The position numbers and the translations under genes were made by a program. Source: Nemertoderma westbladi (lineage: Eukaryota; Animalia; Xenacoelomorpha). Taken from it: a stretch of DNA of 64,000 nt. The notes under the pieces are model-generated. The model worked only from the letters and a program-made list of their open reading frames with translations. It ran no database searches and had not been told where the DNA came from. The stretch lies in assembly GCA_032718475.1 (NCBI GenBank), contig JAUCBJ010007215.1, positions 23,632 to 87,631 of the forward strand, read 5' to 3'. Below, piece by piece: positions 57,801 to 64,000 of the stretch (its first letter is position 1; every line of letters starts with the position of its first letter).

Positions 57801-58993
57801 AATCACATGTCCAATTCAGTGATGTGAACGACACTGACCAAAGTTCTGAGTGGGAAGGATTCTATACGGACGAATTCTCCGATGCCAACGAATCCTGTTA
57901 TCTAATAAATACCGCAGTGTATCGAGCACTTACTTACGAAAAGGACATCAACGATGAGTTTCCCCCAACTACTTTCGCCAAACAACCATCTTGGAAAGCT
58001 CCAGCTTCCAACGTAGGAATCAGAGAATTTCCTGTAGTTCAAGTAAGAGTTCACGGTCTTAACAAAAGCTACATAGTGAACGCCCTCCTTGACTCCGGCA
58101 GCACAGGAACATTCATCGATCAAGAACTAGCCGAAGATATCTTTGCTGGACAACCCAAGTTCCGGACTAAATTGAATATGTCAGGAATTATGCAGGTTTG
58201 GAAATCTACCCTAACGGCAGATTACTATGTAGGTGTGTTGTCCACCCCCCAGGATAAGTTAGGAACACAAGGTATAAGGTCAGTAAAAATGGTGGCTATA
58301 AAGAACTTCGCTACTACTCAAGCAGAACTTTATAATTGGGACGAGGATGAGAGCATCCAACATCTTAAGATACCTCGATTCCAGACAGATTATCCTGGAG
58401 TGCAAATACTCATCGGCCAAAACGCGCATGAGGCGCTCGAGACATTGGAGAAACGGCCTGCTCAACCGCAGCCACTACAAACCTATGCGGTAAGAACTAG
58501 AGTAGGTTGGTACTTCACTGGCCCTTCCCGTAGAACTCTCAAAGAGAGATTACCTCAACAACAGGTATACCAAGTAAAGGGGGAAGTGGAGAGCAGTGAT
58601 GTGGACGATCCAACTGAGGGAACACCATACTCCTCAGATAATGACGATATTAACTCCAATGTAGATCAATGGAGACATTGCCTTGGGACGATTAATCCAG
58701 CCGACATCGCTTCCAGAGGAGCAACTCCTCAAGAACTGATAGATACTCCAGGCTGGTTAGGTGGATCCGACTCCTTAAGTAAAGAAGAAGAAGAATGGCC
58801 TCCTCATCTTACCACGGCGGAGATTAGACAGGCCAAGGGAGCGGAGAAAGTAACACAACAACTCAATCGCCCAGCTAGTCGTTTATGTTTACTGGAAAGA
58901 GACCGAAAACTGTCCGGAAACTATGGAAGGCAAGATACTCTTCCTACGACCACTTCCCTAATCCGACAAATATCTAGGGACTCCATAACGTAA
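54863..58993 (+). CDS. gag: Gag-protease polyprotein with in-frame pol relics (no RT, RNase H or integrase core), 1376 aa
   Basis: KFNGDEMKW..EKLRFL block, knuckles CALC..H....C, CYNC...GH....C and CAKC...HHSLLH, LLDSGS protease, then WRHCLGTINPADIASRG and RPASRLCLLE relics; (EVES)n repeat at ~55280-55385. Confidence 0.92.
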   Translation: MADTRQTLSDSLLETTACFSDQSVENPRPRSETPHTVRRATPAVVVSEPRLVEKISQFAKLLKCRWSAIGTRAQVKRDQEEAIKQQQHPSQEPSSQQPDSSSSSDTAERTSERGAKMADTVYDERPTYEESTDATSSQVEGEVESEVESEVESEVESEVESEVESEVESEVESELTAAEKPRTRDAIDIYLSDYQRFLGDEELRRRLSGLSPNSEGTKLVLDSIDAEMLAANQAECDEKLRLIRVREEQVKKRRIEEQKAAAMAEAEVERKAAKAVAEAEWRASEQTTQLELENLQEIQDSINKQFTANQMQMMRKSTPKRQGYTSSEEGETTDPEGGGNRSHLSGRRKTSYRRKLPDLPPAVKRQLTSTDLGSAEPIEQFIQVKRLPTIVDEPEIIRPVVPKVTSVLETPVLPELNSKFPLHSTTLPVPGGTVHANTPVQIAEREINNLSPVVPRQPATMLATPASAVEWVEEGRWGMNLLLGQMQETVHQLKGTVREGRAELQEVQQSIALERDNLVNIQKSIPIPPVTLCQPVRSEVLHAQGVEPTRIYTASEVETPITNPIKGDYRPVINDIPYRPDNDPRNLYTDNSILNNTMAQESFTRQMARTEARQAVKVGEIVKFNGDEMKWLPFNEYYKDSIQNSVLSNGEKLRFLIKCLEGPPKLMALKFIGHPDGLRQVWDTLNIRYGNKDNIAKYLYAKLVAPRHFLSSEIIEFSDEIQEICRQLDWLGKSHEYQSSMVIGAVVSTLPKGGVCTRWDKKVLYMNEQQRRSPTMADLMSFLDSEVKLQLIRQSREKTSENKVSEKPVSRRRIIPVCYTDDGESQASQEEDSGKDTAKSYYDNKTYKDVSKYKSRTSDRREQVTTTPPTSPKRIHGRKPEERTRVQNVNQVKVSNIKPKCALCDGPHRLSACAEFLKKSMADRRGVLWDKRLCYNCLRRGHQRRTCYSDARCAKCGAKHHSLLHTEFERNSPSQVSEPKSHVQFSDVNDTDQSSEWEGFYTDEFSDANESCYLINTAVYRALTYEKDINDEFPPTTFAKQPSWKAPASNVGIREFPVVQVRVHGLNKSYIVNALLDSGSTGTFIDQELAEDIFAGQPKFRTKLNMSGIMQVWKSTLTADYYVGVLSTPQDKLGTQGIRSVKMVAIKNFATTQAELYNWDEDESIQHLKIPRFQTDYPGVQILIGQNAHEALETLEKRPAQPQPLQTYAVRTRVGWYFTGPSRRTLKERLPQQQVYQVKGEVESSDVDDPTEGTPYSSDNDDINSNVDQWRHCLGTINPADIASRGATPQELIDTPGWLGGSDSLSKEEEEWPPHLTTAEIRQAKGAEKVTQQLNRPASRLCLLERDRKLSGNYGRQDTLPTTTSLIRQISRDSIT

Positions 58994-60589
58994 TAACATA
59001 TGGAGTGGGCGTGTGACTATATCATTTTATATTTGTTTTTATTTTATATTTATGTATGTATTATTATGTAATTTTATTATAATCGTTTTCTTTAATTTTA
59101 TTTAGTAGAATGTTATTTTAGATTATTTAGTAGATTAGTGCAATATATTAGTGTTTATTACGTACGTAATTACTTATAATATATATTTAGTGCGACGGCG
59201 AGAAATAATTATTTTTCTCTTTCCTTACTGTCCGTATCATATTATAAATACGTGACTACAGTAAGATGAAATGTCCGTACTTATTAAAGTACAATAAAGC
59301 TCCTACTATATTTAAGTATTATTGGTAGGCAGAGTATTAGGAATGCAAAGTTCAGATCCTCGTGTCTCGGCTAAACCAAGCTCTGGGTAGACCTTGGAAA
59401 CGACTTGCCTCTTCACACTGACATTGCTTCGTGCGATATTGCTCTTCTACCTTATATTAAATAATACATATAGTAGCGTGATGTCCCTCTAACAGTAGCG
59501 TAAAACGCAAATAAATCTGTTAAACCTTTTGACCATCTGTAATTCTAGTCGATTAAGATATCGCGGCACCCACCGATATACTTGAAAGACAAATTCTAGA
59601 ATCAGTGGTTAACGTCCCCAGACAAGTTCTGGAATAAATCGGTGCCCATCTTAAATATTAATTTAATATTTATTAAAATCTGTAAAATTCAGATCCGTTA
59701 ACAATTCTAGTCGATTAAGATATCGTAGCACTTACCGATACTCTTAAAAGACAAATTTCATAGAATTAAGGATCCTATGTCCCCAGACCTGCTCTGGAAT
59801 CAAATTGTGTCAATTTTAACATCAAATAATAAAATTCACGGGAATAAATTTAAATTCATATTTTAAATGAATTTCATAAATTGTCATTTTGTACAATTTA
59901 TAACATTCCCAAAATTCCATTAATTAATAGATCATGGGAGCGGAGATTCATCCTATTGAGTGTATTAGAGTGCGAGAATCTCCAACATATAGTCAATAGC
60001 CGATAAAATTAATAAAATCATGCATAAAGAGGATATTGACAATTAAAGAATTATTATTAAATAGCATCCCAGATCTGTATGCATGAGAATTACCCTAATT
60101 CTACCGCTAGCATTCCATAATGTCACCATAGCAACACCCACGCTAGAATTAGAAGCAAGTTAAAAGAACAATAGAAAGCTTGTCCCATTGCATAGCATAG
60201 AGAATATAGCACACTGTTAGTATCCAAGGATACACAGTAATAACGTGACATTCTGGAAGGCACTGACTAACGGACAAATGGCCTGTATGTGTACAATTGG
60301 TGACAGTTGTGTGGAATTTGTGCGTTTGTAGGCGAATGTTACTGCTAAGGTGTGTTTACAGTAGCTAGTCGCAATTGTGAAAGTGGGTTACTTTCACAAG
60401 GCACGGCAAGGCGCGGTAGGATATTAATAAACCTCCCTAGGCCAAGCAGTGTGCCGGTAGCAGAAATGCTCCTTGCCTGATCAAATAGCTAACTCCAGAC
60501 AGGGGGGGGGGGGTACTAATGTACGTTCTACAAAGCGAACCGGTACCAAACAGTCAGTGCTATGAATCACTAAATTATGGAACGTATGC

Positions 60590-61860
60590 TGTAAAAGCTT
60601 CTGTGGGATATAACTGGCCCCTTTTGCTTCGCAATCCAGTTTCCCCCCAGGCGCTGGAATACTCTAAAAAGGTTCTCTAACTGTACATATATTCCCCTCG
60701 CCCGCAAGGTACCGTTACAGGTGTTTTAACGGACATAAAAGTCATTCTGCTATATACGTGTTTTAGCGGACATGGTAAGGCAAAAAACCCGCAATATGGC
60801 AAATACTTTTACACAGCTTAGCCGTGATGATTCAGATTACGACATCTAGCAGCTGGTTGCTGACATGGAAACAGCCATTGGACGCGTGGTTCTTTGTTTG
60901 GCTTGAGCCAATCAGAGCGATTTTTCCTGTCGACGTGTAGCTTTTCGGCCGATCATAAAGAGAGTGTTCAGTCTTACAGTTTTTTACTGATACTTTGTTG
61001 TTATTGCTGTCTAAGCCAGAAACACCGGCTCTAGAGTTAATTCTTTTCATACTTTAAGAAGAAACATTAGTAGGCTTAAATTATAGAGCGTATGACTGTT
61101 ATCAGTCAAATCCATTCACAATTCAATACTTTGTTGTTATTACCCCAGCAAAGGACTGTTCAACATACATTATTATACTGCTATTTACTGTTGTGTTTGG
61201 TTGAATATTATTTGGAGAACATATATAAAGAACCCCAATTTCCCAATTTTCTTGATACACTACAGGTTAGAGAGACGGGTTATATATAGTGATTGCGACT
61301 TATATTGTTGTGGTTTGTAGTGAATTTAATGCTATTTGATAAGCACTACATTGGTCCGTTGCTATTCCCTTTATATATGATAAAATACATTGACGGGCGG
61401 CAAATTAGTGAGCAGTATTGTGTGTTACCGGTAGTGTGCATGATTGTGACCGATAACTAAGCATTTCCTAAAGAATGCGACTCATACGTGAATCATAAGC
61501 CTTACCGACTTACCGTTGTGATTGGTATAAGTCATATCTCTGTTTACTTAGATAGAGCGCCACGTCCTAAAAGGAACTGTTAATATTTCCCGAAAGTGAA
61601 TAATATTAGTCAGAAATTAATTATTAACGATCAATCGAATAATACAATACCGTAAGCTTCACTGCAATAATAATCTAAGCCGACAGAATCCAGCCTCCCG
61701 GGATTATCCAGCGGGTGAATGGACGCGCACTAGGCTGGCTTCTGCTAATGTTGTGTTTATTGGTATTAAATATTTGTCATCTTCTAAAGTATATTTATAA
61801 ATCAAAAGACATATAAATTTTAGCAGGTTAAACTGCTAAAGGTCTTCAAAAGCGCGTACA
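60590..61860 (+). repeat. 3' LTR of the inner element
   Basis: Direct repeat of 51416-52686, followed by the TSD TATGC. Confidence 0.95.
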
Positions 61861-63254
61861 TATGCTGTCCGTACCTAATGTGTACTCGCGTACTGACGAA
61901 TGGCAATAGTTCGCACCTGTAGGAAGTACAGGTTAACCCAGGGGTTCGTAGGACTGACAAAGGGGGGGGGGGTTGTCTGGATATAATTATTTGATCCTAA
62001 ATTTGCGGCGTCCAGTACGGTGTCACGCTTACCCTGATCTATAGGTCTTACGGCGGGCAAGGGCGTCGAACAAAGTCTTACCTTCTCACAAAGCGGGCGC
62101 TGCATAGCAAGTGGAGTATTTCGAAGGGGCAAAGGGGGTGCGCGGTCGATCCAATGTGGGCGCTAGCGTGTTGTGGACATCCCTTCCCTGCGTTGCTTAC
62201 GGCCTAACGATCTAGGCTGCCATCTCCCTGGTGTTCGGCTGTCCCGAAGTCGGACCAAAAGAAAACATGTCAGGAAATTGCAGTATATTTACAGTTTTAC
62301 AAAAGGATTTATCAAATAAAGTTTCAACAAGAAACCGAATTAACTAATTTTACGAATAGAAGGTAATAACGTATCAGTAAGAGTGTAACAAGAAGGTGAT
62401 AACCGAAGGCAAACCGGCCTTTTTATACTAGAAATTGCACATGGAAACTAAACAGAATTTTCCACAGCTTCACCATTGAGCAATGAAGTGCTTCGTGCCC
62501 TATGATTGGCCCAGCTCATCGTTCAACGCAGTCCGGCCCTTACACTAATCTGGGACATGGAATCCTAACAGAATTTTCCACTGCCTCACATTTGAGCAAT
62601 AAGATAATTTATGCCCTATGATTGGCCTGGCTCATCATTCGCTACGCTGTACGCTTCTCATTGGCCTACCAATTAGCACCACACGAAAATAAATGGCCCC
62701 AAAATACAAATTTCCCGACTGGGATTCGAACTCGTAACCTACGTAATGTAACCAACGCCTTAACCATCTGACCACTACGCCACGAGAGTACCTAAGGGTT
62801 TTATGTGTACAAATATGAATAGGCATATTACATTACTGTAACTTAATCAAAATACGTCGGATTTTCAAAAGTTTTTACGTTAAAGTTAAACTACAAATGC
62901 TACCTTATAGTGAAATAATTCATCACCGCAAAGAGGCTTATAATGAAAACGAGTACTGCGTTTATTATATTCCTATAAACCACCTGGCTTTGCATATTTA
63001 ACGTGCGATTGGAAATAAGTTCGTGCTACCCTTCCGTGGGTGGTAGATGTCGCGGTTATGTATTGGTGGTTGGGAAGGGTGGGGGGGGGGGGGGGGGGGG
63101 GAGATTAAAAGGGGTGAACACGTACTGTCCACCTTTCTTTGATTGATTGGTGGTGTGGGTAAATTTCTCAAAACCTGATTTTGTGATACAGTCGCTGCAT
63201 TTTAATTTGTATATAATAACTAGGCCTCGTGCTGCGCGAAGTCCCCACGAACGT

Positions 63255-63655
63255 GTTATATAGTGTCTGGTTGGAGATGTGTGCATTGTACGTGACACAA
63301 TGAACCCGGCGTAGCATTCTTGTGAATGTGCCATCCAGAGATTTGGTGTCCTCAGCAGTTAGACCCCAGCATGGACTCCCGTAGAGGAGTACTGGAACTA
63401 CTGCTGCTCTAAATAATCGGACCTTAAGTTTCCGATTAATTCTCGGTGACTTCCAAATCCTGGAAAGCCTATTCAAGGCTGCCCATGCCTTTCCCTTACG
63501 TATTCGAAGGTCCTCACCTGACTTCCGGATCCATGATCCCAGGTAACAGAAGTCGTCCACATGCTCAAGCATACCATCCTTTGAGCTTATGCTCATTCGA
63601 TCAGAGACTTGCTGAGGACTTTCAAAGTTAACTGTCAGAATTTTGGTCTTTCTGG
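63255..63655 (-). mobile_element. RTE-like LINE fragment (RT C-terminus), partner of 31218-31331
   Basis: HVDDFCYLGSWI...PVLLYGSPCW...SNQTLYN, closely similar to 11430-11822. Confidence 0.9.
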
Positions 63656-64000
63656 AAAAATGGTTAAAGACGGCAGTGTGTCGCCTTTGAGAAAACGATA
63701 ATTATTAATATCGTTGTCCTATTTAAATAAAAATCTCTGGTACGACAAGAAAATAAACCTTGGTCCCAACAGATATATTTTTCTTGGTCGTTGGAAGTAA
63801 AAATTTATGTAATTTATCTTTGGTACGCAAAGGGTTAAATTAATTTTGTTTTTCAAACCTTCTAAGCACACATTGGTGTCTGGAAACAGTTTATCAATGT
63901 TCCTCATCATGGATTTAATTAATTATAGTGCCAAAAGACGCAGAAGACTCTGCGCTTTCAATTGATATAAGCCAGTTGTGAAATGGTTGAGATTTAATGT

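Larger units (their letters stand above)
51416..61860 (+). mobile_element. Non-autonomous BEL/Pao LTR element (inner)
   Basis: 5-bp TSD TATGC (51411-51415, 61861-61865); 1271-bp LTRs TGTAAAAGCTTCTG...CAAAAGCGCGTACA. Confidence 0.95.
32552..62925 (-). mobile_element. BEL/Pao LTR retrotransposon (outer element)
   Basis: Two near-identical ~2.27 kb LTRs with TG...CA ends; gag with three zinc knuckles; pol order PR-RT-RH-IN. Confidence 0.95.
50206..62925 (-). repeat. 5' LTR of the outer BEL element, interrupted at 51415/61861 by the inner element
   Basis: Colinear with 32552-34816 once 51416-61865 is removed. Confidence 0.9.
31332..63254. mobile_element. Helentron/HINE-like non-autonomous element (31332-32551 + 62930-63254) split by the BEL insertion
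   Basis: Short IR TTTGTGGGG/CCCCACGAA at the ends, CTGTCGTT micro-repeat near 31385, and an internal ~160-bp duplicated unit (32331-32490) whose second copy is broken at 32551 and resumes at 62930. Confidence 0.5.

Overview
Eukaryotic (probably invertebrate) repeat-rich DNA made almost entirely of nested transposable elements; no host gene could be supported. 1-12.2 kb: two tandem repeats, decayed RTE-like LINEs, hAT and CRE remnants and a foldback MITE. 12.4-31.2 kb: about 13 co-oriented non-autonomous Helitrons (5'-TC...hairpin-CTAG-3' on the minus strand), mostly inserted into one another. 31.2-63.7 kb: an RTE LINE interrupted by a HINE-like element, which is interrupted by a ~30 kb BEL/Pao LTR retrotransposon (minus strand). 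That element carries an intact CRE-type non-LTR retrotransposon in its leader and a second, non-autonomous Gag-protease BEL element in its 5' LTR. Most interesting: neither BEL element has a tRNA primer-binding site; in both, the 10-11 nt flush against the 5' LTR are perfectly complementary to a hairpin-embedded sequence in the element's own LTR, suggesting Tf1-like self-priming. Both also have a hairpin plus GGMRCGG in place of a normal PPT. The large element has an in-frame UGA plus a predicted pseudoknot between gag and pol, and eight dispersed copies of a covarying 20-nt hairpin. The inner element has copied 183 bp of its own upstream flank to the front of its 3' LTR. All alignments and folds were done by eye.
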